A model generated the notes under the pieces. That model was not told the origin of the DNA and did not search any database. It saw nothing but the letters and a program-made list of their open reading frames with translations. Shown in pieces: positions 14,156 through 22,940 of a stretch of 64,000 nucleotides of DNA (its first letter is position 1; each line of letters opens with the position of its first letter). Position numbers and translations under genes: made by a program. The DNA lies in IMG/VR virus record IMGVR_UViG_3300032038_000071, positions 1 through 64,000 of that record; one strand, written 5' to 3'. The stretch is from a virus.

Positions 14156-14384
14156 CTATGCCCTCCTTATCCCATACAACTGTATTTATAAAATTATCTT
14201 TATCTGTTACATCCAAATTATCATTAGCTATTACAGAAATATAGCCATTGTGCTTAAACATACACATATCTATGTAATCAATATCTGAAAAACTCTCTAC
14301 TATCAGACTTCTTATCTCCTTTAATTTTTTAGTGATTTCCTTTTCAACATCTGTAAAACCTTCGTAATTATACTTACGTGCCAT
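14127..14384 (-). CDS. hypothetical acidic protein (85 aa)
   Basis: ORF track; first gene after the promoter at 14433-14461. Confidence 0.5.
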   Translation of the reverse strand: MARKYNYEGFTDVEKEITKKLKEIRSLIVESFSDIDYIDMCMFKHNGYISVIANDNLDVTDKDNFINTVVWDKEGIDDEQTNTDE

Positions 14385-14432
14385 AATTCATTCCTCCTGT
14401 TATTTTTTATTTTGTAGCTTGTCTACTCTTAT

Positions 14433-14461
14433 ATTGTACTACACATTTATATAGATGTCAA
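14433..14461 (-). promoter_or_regulatory. promoter (TTGACA-N17-TACAAT) with conserved AATGTGTAG upstream of the -10
   Basis: On the minus strand, -35 at 14461-14456 and -10 at 14438-14433. Confidence 0.65.
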
Positions 14462-14473
14462 CAAAATCTTGTG

Positions 14474-14815
14474 TTAAAATGTTTCCTCATTTCTCATTAA
14501 ATTTATTAGTAATCTAAAGGTGTATTCATCTATAACATAATAATTCTGTGTATCAGGTCCGAAATTAAATGCAAGCGCATTATAATCTTTTCCCATATCA
14601 AATGCTTCTTCTTTATTCTTTATCAACCAATCTTCTTTGATTGTAAATGACCGCTTTTCTCTGGTACAAGTCTTTGCTTCTATCAACCACTTATCAGTAG
14701 TCACATCACCTTTGGCAAATCTTGTTGCTCCACTGTTGGAAACTTGTTTGCCACCAACAGCTTTGGCTATCTGCTTCTCTTGCTTATTACTGTAAAATCT
14801 TGTTGGTCTGTTCAT
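14474..14815 (-). CDS. small PD-(D/E)XK-type nuclease (resolvase-like)
   Basis: ORF track, 113 aa. Contains the GDV....LIEAKT motif. Confidence 0.45.
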   Translation of the reverse strand: MNRPTRFYSNKQEKQIAKAVGGKQVSNSGATRFAKGDVTTDKWLIEAKTCTREKRSFTIKEDWLIKNKEEAFDMGKDYNALAFNFGPDTQNYYVIDEYTFRLLINLMRNEETF

Positions 14816-14823
14816 ACTAACCT

Positions 14824-15369
14824 CTATTTAAACTTCTGGGATAAATCTCTCACTCTGCCTGCTATACCTGCAACACTTGACTTATTCTCACGCATAACAT
14901 TCTCTAACTCTTTGGTATTATCTTTAATCCCTATAGTGTTAGCGTGCAACTGTCCTAATAAATTCTCAAATCTTCCCAGCTTTATATTAGTCGCTCTTAC
15001 TTGCTCTAACAACTGCTTCATCGTTTCAGCGTTATCCTTTTCAATCTGATACAGATTGTTTATTCCAAGAATAAGTGCATCAAGATTAATTATCGGTACT
15101 GGTGCTTTCTGCTCATCTGCAACTGCTGGTGTTTCCGGTGATTTTATAATTTCACTACAATTCAAATCCAGAAAATCACATAACTTCTTCAAGTCTGCTA
15201 AACTGCATCTTGAATCCCTTAATGATTCTGATATGTATGTACTTCCTCTTCCAAGCACCACAGTGCTTAACTTTGTCATTGTAATACCACTCTTTTTGAT
15301 TGCTTCTAACAGCTTATCACTGTCAATTAATACGGTGTCCTTCTTTAATCCACCTTTTCTTTCGCTCAT
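14824..15369 (-). CDS. putative HTH transcriptional regulator with coiled-coil C-terminus
   Basis: ORF track, 181 aa. ITMTKLSTVVLGRGSTYISESL looks like an XRE-type HTH. Confidence 0.45.
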   Translation of the reverse strand: MSERKGGLKKDTVLIDSDKLLEAIKKSGITMTKLSTVVLGRGSTYISESLRDSRCSLADLKKLCDFLDLNCSEIIKSPETPAVADEQKAPVPIINLDALILGINNLYQIEKDNAETMKQLLEQVRATNIKLGRFENLLGQLHANTIGIKDNTKELENVMRENKSSVAGIAGRVRDLSQKFK

Positions 15370-15382
15370 AGATTTGTCTCCT

Positions 15383-15538
15383 TTACTTTACTTCTTCGAT
15401 TGATATTATTCTGTAATCACAGTCAACTCCAAGTCCATAAATACGTTTACATTCTTCTACTGATGATACATTACACTCCTGCTTTCTCCACTCCCAATTA
15501 CTTAAAGCATCTGCATATTCAAACTTAATGTGTAGCAT
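15383..15538 (-). CDS. small ORF (51 aa, MLHIKFEYADAL...)
   Basis: Found by hand. GGAGG lies 8 nt before the ATG at 15538. Fills the 170-nt gap. Confidence 0.35.
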   Translation of the reverse strand: MLHIKFEYADALSNWEWRKQECNVSSVEECKRIYGLGVDCDYRIISIEEVK

Positions 15539-15541
15539 ATA

Positions 15542-16090
15542 TTACACCTCCTTCCTTTCTGTGATTGCAGACCGAATAATCCAGCCTTCCCACTTTACAT
15601 CTATAAGTTTTTCCCTTATCTCGTCTACATCTGTTATGTCACAAAACATTCCTACTTTCTTCATGCACTCTGGACCGATACCATAATGTCTACTGACCGG
15701 ATGTGTGAGTTCTTTTCCACAGCGCATACAAGTTATTGTTTCAAGTGCTTGTCCGTGTAAGTTCATATAGACCATGCCTGCTGTTTCTTTTTCGATTGTT
15801 CCGGTCATTGTTCTTAATGGCATCGGGTTGTCGTTATTCCACTTTGCCATAAAATCAAACTCTGGAGTTGCCGGTTTAGTCATATACTGTTTGACTGTTA
15901 TCTGATATTCAGTCTGACTATCTGTATTTTGCACTGTAGTGCGATTTGAGACACTTTTATTAGCTGATTTGAGAATTATATGTATATTATCTGAAAGTGT
16001 CTTAAAAACGCTCTCAGCGTCTTGTACGCTATCATACTCTACATCATTTATTATAATCTTACCTTTCCAATTAATAAGCATATTTACCAT
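15542..16090 (-). CDS. protein with DUF6011-like C..CG..LT.P.S...GIGP.C motif
   Basis: ORF track, 182 aa. Contains CMRCGKELTHPVSRHYGIGPEC. Confidence 0.5.
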   Translation of the reverse strand: MVNMLINWKGKIIINDVEYDSVQDAESVFKTLSDNIHIILKSANKSVSNRTTVQNTDSQTEYQITVKQYMTKPATPEFDFMAKWNNDNPMPLRTMTGTIEKETAGMVYMNLHGQALETITCMRCGKELTHPVSRHYGIGPECMKKVGMFCDITDVDEIREKLIDVKWEGWIIRSAITERKEV

Positions 16091-16328
16091 AAGCTATCTC
16101 CTCTAACATTTCAACTATCTGCTTTGTTGTAGCGGTGTCCTGCATTGACGTTCTTATTATCTTCTGAAGCTTTCCTCTCATAGCTTTATAACCCATTTCG
16201 TATGCTTTTTCCAAATCAGCATCTTCCTCTAAAGCATACGCTTCACAATCTGGACAATCATCACGCTCTAATATATCATTCTCTGTAAATATGTGTCCAC
16301 ACTTATTACATCTATATACACCCATCAT
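16071..16328 (-). CDS. small zinc-ribbon protein
   Basis: ORF track. Start moved to MMGVYRCNKCGH (AAGGAGGACAAATAAT before the ATG at 16328). CxxC...CxxC. Confidence 0.5.
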   Translation of the reverse strand: MMGVYRCNKCGHIFTENDILERDDCPDCEAYALEEDADLEKAYEMGYKAMRGKLQKIIRTSMQDTATTKQIVEMLEEIAYGKYAY

Positions 16329-16329
16329 A

Positions 16330-16668
16330 TTATTTGTCCTCCTTGATTTTCTCAACCTGTTCATCAGTAAAGAACGCTGATGTTTTCATATACATATGTC
16401 CTGTGCCTATTGAATTTTCTTCATCTTCATCTGATTTCTTCTTGGCTGAATAAGTCCAGATAGGGAATTTAGCTACTGCTTTCTCTCCCTTTTTAACTTG
16501 ATAGCCTCTTGACTTCCACCCTTTGTAAGTGTGGATAGGCTGAATCTCATCTATCTCGATAAGTTCTCCGGACATATCTACTACTGTCATTTTCTTTCCG
16601 GTAAACTTTAAGATACCTTCTTTTTGAAGTTCTACTTGCTGTGTTAAAATAATCATCTGATTTGTCAT
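16330..16668 (-). CDS. protein with ArdC-N-like motif (possible ssDNA binding)
   Basis: ORF track. Start moved to MTNQMIIL (AAGGAGGAAATCAAT before the ATG). TYKGWKSRGYQVKKGEKA resembles the Tf.Q...G..V.KGEK motif. Weak call. Confidence 0.35.
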   Translation of the reverse strand: MTNQMIILTQQVELQKEGILKFTGKKMTVVDMSGELIEIDEIQPIHTYKGWKSRGYQVKKGEKAVAKFPIWTYSAKKKSDEDEENSIGTGHMYMKTSAFFTDEQVEKIKEDK

Positions 16669-16724
16669 ATTGATTTCCTCCTTGATTTGTTCTAATCTTG
16701 TAGTACACATTTGCTACTGTGTAT

Positions 16725-16753
16725 AATATATCACAGGCAAACGTGTATGTCAA
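16725..16753 (-). promoter_or_regulatory. promoter (TTGACA-N17-TATATT) with conserved leader
   Basis: On the minus strand, -35 at 16753-16748 and -10 at 16730-16725. Paralogous to 17255-17283 and 23454-23482. Confidence 0.6.
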
Positions 16754-16770
16754 CAAGATTTTGTAAAAGT

Positions 16771-17202
16771 TTAGAATAAATTTAATTCCTCTAAAGTTTT
16801 GTAGTGTTTTGCATCATAGAATATAATTGTCTTTGGATAAGCACAACCTCTGCATACTCCTAAATGCTCATATGTATATCCGTGCGTTATTGTATAATGA
16901 ACATTCTTAAATCCTCTGATACCCCAACATCTGTCGATATATGCAAATATGGTTCTTTCAAAATTCTGTGCTGTTTCATAGTCTGTATAGTGTTCGCAAG
17001 TATCTTTAAGAGATTCGGCAAGTTTCTTTAATTCCTTTATGTACTTCTCCTTTGGCTTGATTGCAAATCTGTTCTTATTAACAGTCTTTACAAATTCAGC
17101 TTTACTTAAATTAGTTGCCATATACATCGGCTCAATTATGTCGTTGTAGTCTGCCCAACTTACTTCATATCCAGCAAGTGCTTCAAATTCATGTTTCATC
17201 AT
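16771..17202 (-). CDS. hypothetical protein (143 aa)
   Basis: ORF track. Start moved to MMKHEF (AAGGAGGACAATCACT before the ATG at 17202). Confidence 0.55.
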   Translation of the reverse strand: MMKHEFEALAGYEVSWADYNDIIEPMYMATNLSKAEFVKTVNKNRFAIKPKEKYIKELKKLAESLKDTCEHYTDYETAQNFERTIFAYIDRCWGIRGFKNVHYTITHGYTYEHLGVCRGCAYPKTIIFYDAKHYKTLEELNLF

Positions 17203-17254
17203 AGTGATTGTCCTCCTTGATTTAATCTTGTAGTACACATTAGCTACTGTCTAT

Positions 17255-17283
17255 ACAATACTACAGGTATTTTCATATGTCAA
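17255..17283 (-). promoter_or_regulatory. promoter (TTGACA-N17-TATTGT) with conserved leader
   Basis: On the minus strand, -35 at 17283-17278 and -10 at 17260-17255. Confidence 0.55.
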
Positions 17284-17309
17284 GAAAAAATTTATAAATT
17301 TTTTTTACT

Positions 17310-17350
17310 ATATAAAAGAAAAGCACTTGCAGGGGGTACAAGTGCTTTTC
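17310..17350 (-). terminator. rho-independent terminator after the recA-like gene
   Basis: 12-bp stem GAAAAGCACTTG / CAAGTGCTTTTC, 9-nt loop, then TTTTAT on the minus strand. Confidence 0.75.
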
Positions 17351-17407
17351 CGATTAGGGGATAGTTAAAACATGAAATTGAGCTATTTACGATTTTCACT
17401 TTATATA

Positions 17408-18424
17408 TTAATCTTCATTCATGGATTTGTCAACTAATTGCTCTACTTTGGCTAATAATTCCTCATCATTCTCTAACAGTGCATATACATTAGCTTGACC
17501 CTGTACTTTGTCTGATATAACTTCTCCAGTTTCTATATCAACTATTTCAAACCATGCTCCTGACTTCTTAATAATATCATACTTAATAGCTACTTCAATT
17601 AGGTCATTCAGATAGTCTATTCCTGTATCATATCTTAAAGTATAAAATCCTGTTCTTCTTGTTGGCGGGCATACTTTGCTCTTAATGAGTGCTACATTGA
17701 CTATATTACCTGCCGGGTTCTCTGCTGAACGTGACAGTTCATTTCTCTTAACGTCTATGAATTTCCCACGTCTAAATTCAAGTCTCAATACAGTATTATG
17801 TTTCCATGCTTTACCGCCTGTCGTTGTTGTACCACCATACATACTGTTCATATCATCACGCATCTGATTTATTCCTATGACAGTACAATTATTTCTCATG
17901 CACAGACCTTCTGCCTTTTTACTGAAGTTAGTTAATGCCATAGCTATTCCACCATAAGTTTTCTGGTCTACAGTCTTTTCCATAGCTTGATTTGACACCA
18001 TTACTCCCAGACTGTCTATGATTACAAGACCTACTTCATTTGTGTCTATCATATCGAGTATAAACTGAAATATATCTTCTGCTCCTTGTGATGTCGGGTT
18101 AAGTATAATCAGTTCATCAAGATTAACTCCTAACTTTGTTGCCCATACTGTATCAAGTGTATTCTCTGCATCAACATACAGAACTTTTCTGTCATACACC
18201 TGCTGATAATTAGCCACCACATCAAGCGCTGTTGTGGTTTTACCGCCATGCTCTTCTCCATAAAACTCTATGAGCTTTCCGAGTGGAATACCGCCGAATG
18301 TCATATAATTCAGTCTAGGGCTTGTAAATGGTATTCGCTCATAATCGTATGTAGCAACACCTGTATGGACTAACTCTTCTTTCCAAGTCTTGTTAAAGTT
18401 TTTCATAACCTCATCAATCTTCAT
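17408..18424 (-). CDS. recA: RecA-family recombinase
   Basis: ORF track, 338 aa. Walker A GEEHGGKTT, Walker B LVIIDS, RecA-like length and layout. Confidence 0.8.
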   Translation of the reverse strand: MKIDEVMKNFNKTWKEELVHTGVATYDYERIPFTSPRLNYMTFGGIPLGKLIEFYGEEHGGKTTTALDVVANYQQVYDRKVLYVDAENTLDTVWATKLGVNLDELIILNPTSQGAEDIFQFILDMIDTNEVGLVIIDSLGVMVSNQAMEKTVDQKTYGGIAMALTNFSKKAEGLCMRNNCTVIGINQMRDDMNSMYGGTTTTGGKAWKHNTVLRLEFRRGKFIDVKRNELSRSAENPAGNIVNVALIKSKVCPPTRRTGFYTLRYDTGIDYLNDLIEVAIKYDIIKKSGAWFEIVDIETGEVISDKVQGQANVYALLENDEELLAKVEQLVDKSMNED

Positions 18425-18639
18425 TTCTCAGCCTCCAATTCTAAATACTTCTTTAAATACCAAGTCGCTTTTTCTACATCCTCTGTTCCGTTCTTTCTTG
18501 TGCATCTGTAAATGTACTTAAAAGCATTACACAAACAGAAATGCTTTACAGCTTCTGTTCCTAAAGCTTCTTCCATTACATCAATACATTCAAATTTACC
18601 TGTTGCATAATGACTTGGGTTATTTACATTATCTGACAC
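18421..18639 (-). CDS. DUF3310-family protein
   Basis: ORF track, 72 aa. NPSHYATGKFECIDVME...NAFKYIYR...EDVEKATWYL matches the DUF3310 pattern. Confidence 0.6.
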   Translation of the reverse strand: MSDNVNNPSHYATGKFECIDVMEEALGTEAVKHFCLCNAFKYIYRCTRKNGTEDVEKATWYLKKYLELEAEK

Positions 18640-19274
18640 TCTTCTGTACCTCCTGTAATTTCTTTTATATATGGCAACGTCTTAAGTATATCTACAAATT
18701 TATTCCATTCATCAAGTTTATGTCCAGTTCTCTCTTTGATAATCTTAAATACAGTTTCATAGGACATACATATAGTTCTTCTCTGATTGTATGATGATGG
18801 GAGAAGTTGTATCATCTGCCACCAATCATCTTTATCTCTTGTTTCTAAAAATTTCTTTCTGCAAAGATTAAGATGTTGTATTAAGTCATCTAACCTATTC
18901 CAACTAAAATCTAATAAATGGTCTGTACTAAAATCATCAAGCGTAAATTCTTTTTCAGTTATCTTGTGCATGGTACTACACGATACCTGTGACTTACCTA
19001 TTGTATATCTATCCATTTCTTTCCACCAATACAGCGGTGCAGTTATATCCATAGATACTTGTATCATTCTTGCATAGGTTCTGTGTTCTACTCCTGCTTT
19101 ATAAAGTTTTCTCATAAGACCTAAATCATTTTCGCCTACAATAAATGAATATTCTCCATTTATCATAATACCTGAACCCATACTATCACTCTTATCCCAA
19201 CTATTCATAGCGTTTCTCATTCCACGTATAGCGTGTTTAAAACCCCACACATCTATATTTTCTATCTTAATCAT
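18624..19274 (-). CDS. ThyX (Thy1)-like protein with non-canonical signature
   Basis: ORF track, 216 aa. APLYWWKEMDRYTIGKSQVSCSTMH aligns by eye to the ThyX segment [24 protein letters not shown], but RHR is RYT and the S...S.R positions are not conserved. Confidence 0.45.
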   Translation of the reverse strand: MIKIENIDVWGFKHAIRGMRNAMNSWDKSDSMGSGIMINGEYSFIVGENDLGLMRKLYKAGVEHRTYARMIQVSMDITAPLYWWKEMDRYTIGKSQVSCSTMHKITEKEFTLDDFSTDHLLDFSWNRLDDLIQHLNLCRKKFLETRDKDDWWQMIQLLPSSYNQRRTICMSYETVFKIIKERTGHKLDEWNKFVDILKTLPYIKEITGGTEECQIM

Positions 19275-19488
19275 TTCTTACCTTCACTTTCTGCTTGTGG
19301 CTCAACTCTGCACCTGTAACTTTGCACCCTTGTTTTTCCAATAGCTCTAACTTTGCAAGTGCCATTCCGATAGATGATGCTGTTCCGTATGGTAGACCTT
19401 TCTGAATAAGTGAAAAATCCTCTTGTGCTATCTCCGACATATTATCATTCCAATCAAACGGCATCACTCTAATCTCTTCTCTTGTCAT
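19267..19488 (-). CDS. hypothetical protein (73 aa)
   Basis: ORF track; overlaps its neighbour by 8 nt. Confidence 0.5.
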   Translation of the reverse strand: MTREEIRVMPFDWNDNMSEIAQEDFSLIQKGLPYGTASSIGMALAKLELLEKQGCKVTGAELSHKQKVKVRND

Positions 19489-19498
19489 TCCTTATCTC

Positions 19499-19777
19499 TC
19501 ACTCCTCAAATATATTATCATTTGCCCACATTCCACATTTATTAGCCCAGTGCCACATATAATCATATTTTTTCCCTGTGACACATTCATATAATAGATT
19601 ATGTAATGTAGCTATAATATCTGATACATAATAATATTTATCTTTATCTTTATCTATAACGGGTGGAAACTCTGTATATAAAGGAATCATTATATCAGCA
19701 TTAGTATATAATCCGTTTACTAATATATCAGTAATCTTATCAAGTTCTTCTTCAGTTATCATCCTTCTCCTCCTCAC
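19499..19777 (-). CDS. hypothetical protein (92 aa)
   Basis: ORF track. Confidence 0.5.
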   Translation of the reverse strand: MRRRRMITEEELDKITDILVNGLYTNADIMIPLYTEFPPVIDKDKDKYYYVSDIIATLHNLLYECVTGKKYDYMWHWANKCGMWANDNIFEE

Positions 19778-19788
19778 TTTTTGCTTAC

Positions 19789-20007
19789 TTATCTATCATT
19801 TCCTCTTAATTTTGTTATTGCATATAAAACATCAAACAATGCACTCTTATATCCAGTATAGTAATTTTTATCTACACCTACTGGTACGGACTTTGATAAA
19901 TCCTTTAGATGACAGACCACATCATCTAATGCCTTATTATAAGACTTGAATCCTATCTCAGCTTTAGATAGATTATCTTCCAAACTGTCAAAAAACTCTT
20001 TTGTCAT
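19789..20007 (-). CDS. hypothetical protein (72 aa)
   Basis: ORF track. Confidence 0.5.
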   Translation of the reverse strand: MTKEFFDSLEDNLSKAEIGFKSYNKALDDVVCHLKDLSKSVPVGVDKNYYTGYKSALFDVLYAITKLRGNDR

Positions 20008-20018
20008 ATCTTCACCTC

Positions 20019-20684
20019 TTATCTGTAACAGAAATACACACCATCTATACAGTCATACACACCACTACCCTGTGAGAAGTTAGCTTGAAAGACTACATTG
20101 TTAGGTAGCCATGAGCCATTTTCAAGTAAGTCTTTAGCTATCTCATAACAACGCTGACTTGGTGTTCTGTCATAATTACCATCCCATGTGCAAGCATATT
20201 GACCTGACTGAAATATAACTCCGTATATTGTATCTGGAAATTCAGAGTGATTTACTCTATTAAGAACAACTGAACCAACGTAATATCTTGTTGTATCACT
20301 GCACCAATCTGCGCCAGCTTCGCCATTAATAAGATGAGCAAGCATTTCAACTTCATCATACGAATAATCGGTGCTTACAGATTTTGCAACATAGTAGGTT
20401 GTTTCTGTAATTTCTTCTGTTGTAAGTTTATCTCCAATTTCTATCTCAACAATATCTGTAGATTCGGGATTAATGAACTGTACTGTTGTTGCTTCTGTAG
20501 TTAATTCCTCAGATATTTCTTCTGTTGATAATTCTTCTTCTGCAAAACAATTATTAATTACGTTCCAATTAGCATATTCATAATCTGTAGTGTTATGTGC
20601 TACAACATCTGCTACACACGCCCCTATGTATAATAATGCACATCCACTTACAACATATAAACTTGTTATGAGCTTCTTTTTCAT
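20019..20684 (-). CDS. SleB-like cell-wall hydrolase (Hydrolase_2) with lipoprotein-type signal
   Basis: ORF track, 221 aa. N-terminal KKKLITSLYVVSGC lipobox-like signal. LAHLINGEAG....YVGSVVLNRV.HSEFPDTIYGVIFQSGQYAC matches the SleB-domain consensus. Confidence 0.7.
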   Translation of the reverse strand: MKKKLITSLYVVSGCALLYIGACVADVVAHNTTDYEYANWNVINNCFAEEELSTEEISEELTTEATTVQFINPESTDIVEIEIGDKLTTEEITETTYYVAKSVSTDYSYDEVEMLAHLINGEAGADWCSDTTRYYVGSVVLNRVNHSEFPDTIYGVIFQSGQYACTWDGNYDRTPSQRCYEIAKDLLENGSWLPNNVVFQANFSQGSGVYDCIDGVYFCYR

Positions 20685-21211
20685 TACTGATTTCCTCCTA
20701 ATCTTGTCAACTCCATTTCCTGCATACGTCTTGATAATGCTTTCTTACATGAACTCATTAATTCCTGTGCGTTCTCTATCTTACTGCGCATTGTCTTGTA
20801 AGCTCTGGAATAGCATACATTTATTATCTGCTCCTGCTGACTTGCTAACTCAGCTAAACTGTCTTTATCCTGTACTGTACCTTTACTCTGACTTGCTCTG
20901 GCTGTATGATACATTTCCTTATATACTGCTCTGCTTATATCATCACGAATACCAAGCTGTTCACACATACCGCCTGCAAAGTAGATATATGTTGATAAAT
21001 TCAGACACCAATCTTCAAGTTCTTCATCTGTAGCCGGGTTAGTTCCGTCTTTTAAACACTCTCTGATAAAATCCACATACTTATCAAGGTCTTTACAGTA
21101 TGGATTGATAATGTCTTTAACAATACTATCAATCTGACTACTATGGTTCTCGACTTTATATCTGATACCATCTAATTCTTTCATATCTTCTGCTGATAAT
21201 TCTATTTTCAT
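20684..21211 (-). CDS. hypothetical protein (175 aa)
   Basis: ORF track; ATGA-type overlaps on both sides. Confidence 0.55.
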   Translation of the reverse strand: MKIELSAEDMKELDGIRYKVENHSSQIDSIVKDIINPYCKDLDKYVDFIRECLKDGTNPATDEELEDWCLNLSTYIYFAGGMCEQLGIRDDISRAVYKEMYHTARASQSKGTVQDKDSLAELASQQEQIINVCYSRAYKTMRSKIENAQELMSSCKKALSRRMQEMELTRLGGNQ

Positions 21212-21711
21212 ACTTCCCTCCTATTTGACTTTTCTATAGTATGAAAAAAGTAGTCCATATCGTAATCGAAAAACACTCTTTTCTTTTTACCCGGAATTGT
21301 AATACAACTTATCCAATTCTCAAATTCAACACCATCTGCTAACCCATAAGGTAAACTTTTTCTTCCTAGAGTTTTCTGCCATTCAATGAACTGAATAGGA
21401 ACAAACGCTGTTACATCTTTATCTACCCACCACACTATTAGTCCGGCAAACACACCTTGTATCTTCGACTTCTCTAATAAGCCTTTATACTGATTATCTG
21501 TTATATTACTGAATGGGAATGTATTACCATGTACTGACTTACATTCTATGTGATATTCATATGGTTTCTTATAAACTATAAAGTCACAGTGATTAGAACT
21601 TCCAAGAAATCCAGTTGTTTGGTCATGTAATCTAACAACACTTACATCTGGTACTCTTTCAAAGGCTTCTTTAATTATATTCTCAAATTGTTTCCCTCGA
21701 TTCTGGCTCAT
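21208..21711 (-). CDS. recU: RecU-like Holliday junction resolvase
   Basis: ORF track. Start moved to MSQNRGKQFE. NRGKQFE, CDFIVY...YHIECKS (D..E.K) and GRKSLPY parallel B. subtilis RecU. Confidence 0.65.
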   Translation of the reverse strand: MSQNRGKQFENIIKEAFERVPDVSVVRLHDQTTGFLGSSNHCDFIVYKKPYEYHIECKSVHGNTFPFSNITDNQYKGLLEKSKIQGVFAGLIVWWVDKDVTAFVPIQFIEWQKTLGRKSLPYGLADGVEFENWISCITIPGKKKRVFFDYDMDYFFHTIEKSNRREV

Positions 21712-22132
21712 TCTCTTCCTCTTTCTTCTTTTCCCAATATGCTTTAGCCGATTCACTTAAATGTTTTCTATGTTCCTCACTTAATACTTTCTTTTCAGGC
21801 ACCATCATTTCATTCCAATTTTCTACTGCCTGATATACATTTTTACCTACTGAATATCTTTCACACTTCTTACACTCGATATAAATATTTCCGTTCTTCT
21901 CTACTCGTCTACGCTTATTACACCCACAAAGACACGGAATTAGCTTTGTATAATTTCTCTTTACTACCATATACCCAAGTTTATCTGCGGCAAGCCTTAC
22001 CTCTTTAAGTGACACATTGTAGTCAGTTAATAACTTTAACACATCATCACGTTCCACATATACAGTCTCTTCACCTTCATACATCTTATACGTCTGTAAC
22101 TTCTTTACCTTTTCATTCAGTTTACTCTGCAT
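21683..22132 (-). CDS. protein with C-terminal Lar-like zinc ribbon (possible restriction alleviation)
   Basis: ORF track, 149 aa. LIPCLCGC...GNIYIECKKCERY...YQAVENWNE parallels the Lar-family pattern PCPFCG...y.v.C..C......Ai..WN. Confidence 0.45.
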   Translation of the reverse strand: MQSKLNEKVKKLQTYKMYEGEETVYVERDDVLKLLTDYNVSLKEVRLAADKLGYMVVKRNYTKLIPCLCGCNKRRRVEKNGNIYIECKKCERYSVGKNVYQAVENWNEMMVPEKKVLSEEHRKHLSESAKAYWEKKKEEENEPESRETI

Positions 22133-22133
22133 C

Positions 22134-22940
22134 TTAATCCTCCTTATTACATCTATTTCTAAACTGACAATAACTACAAGTCTTTTTACTTACGTTTTTC
22201 GACTTTGGTGGAACTTTCAGCTTCTTAATATAACTGTCACATTCCTCTATATAACTGATAAGTTCCTCTTTCATTTCATTAGTAACCTCAAACAAAAATG
22301 CTTTCTTATCACAGTTATCCCTGCACTCATATACAAACAACACCTCATTAATTCCAAATGCTATGCTATAAGCTGTAGCTTGGTGATAGTGACTTGGGTC
22401 TACTCCACCTCTCATAAAAAACTTATTACTGTTTTCTGTCTTAATTTCCAGTATATAATAATGATTGTGATACTTGATTATTCCGTCACATAAAAAACTC
22501 ATATTAAGTTTTTTATGGTATAACTTTGTTTCAAACCCACCTTTTTCTAAAGTTGGTTCTTTCACTATATCAAGATAGTCAAGTCCACGCTGTCTTACAA
22601 AGTCTGCAACATTTACATATTCACAATCAATACCATTATCTTTCATGTGCAATACAGCTTCCTGTATTCTTTCGTGCCTGTCAGAACCGCTTTCACAAAT
22701 ACCTATAATCATACTACTGCTATCTGTATCGTCTGGTTCTGCTCCTGTAATTGTGTAAAAACTCTGTCTGATACAATTCATTCCGGATGGCTTATATGTC
22801 TTACTTCCCGGTTGTTTATTATTCTTATCATTAATCTCTATCGACCGTTTTAGGTCATTTAAGAACGATTGCTCAGGCGAAAGTTCCGCCTTTGCAACGT
22901 CTATAAGATTAAAGATATTCTGTAATGATTTTCTTGCCAT
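22134..22940 (-). CDS. Cas4/RecB-like PD-(D/E)XK exonuclease with Cys cluster
   Basis: ORF track, 268 aa. N-terminal Cys (NCIRQSFY), D...EIKT, QATAY, C-terminal CSYCQFRNRC. Confidence 0.7.
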   Translation of the reverse strand: MARKSLQNIFNLIDVAKAELSPEQSFLNDLKRSIEINDKNNKQPGSKTYKPSGMNCIRQSFYTITGAEPDDTDSSSMIIGICESGSDRHERIQEAVLHMKDNGIDCEYVNVADFVRQRGLDYLDIVKEPTLEKGGFETKLYHKKLNMSFLCDGIIKYHNHYYILEIKTENSNKFFMRGGVDPSHYHQATAYSIAFGINEVLFVYECRDNCDKKAFLFEVTNEMKEELISYIEECDSYIKKLKVPPKSKNVSKKTCSYCQFRNRCNKED

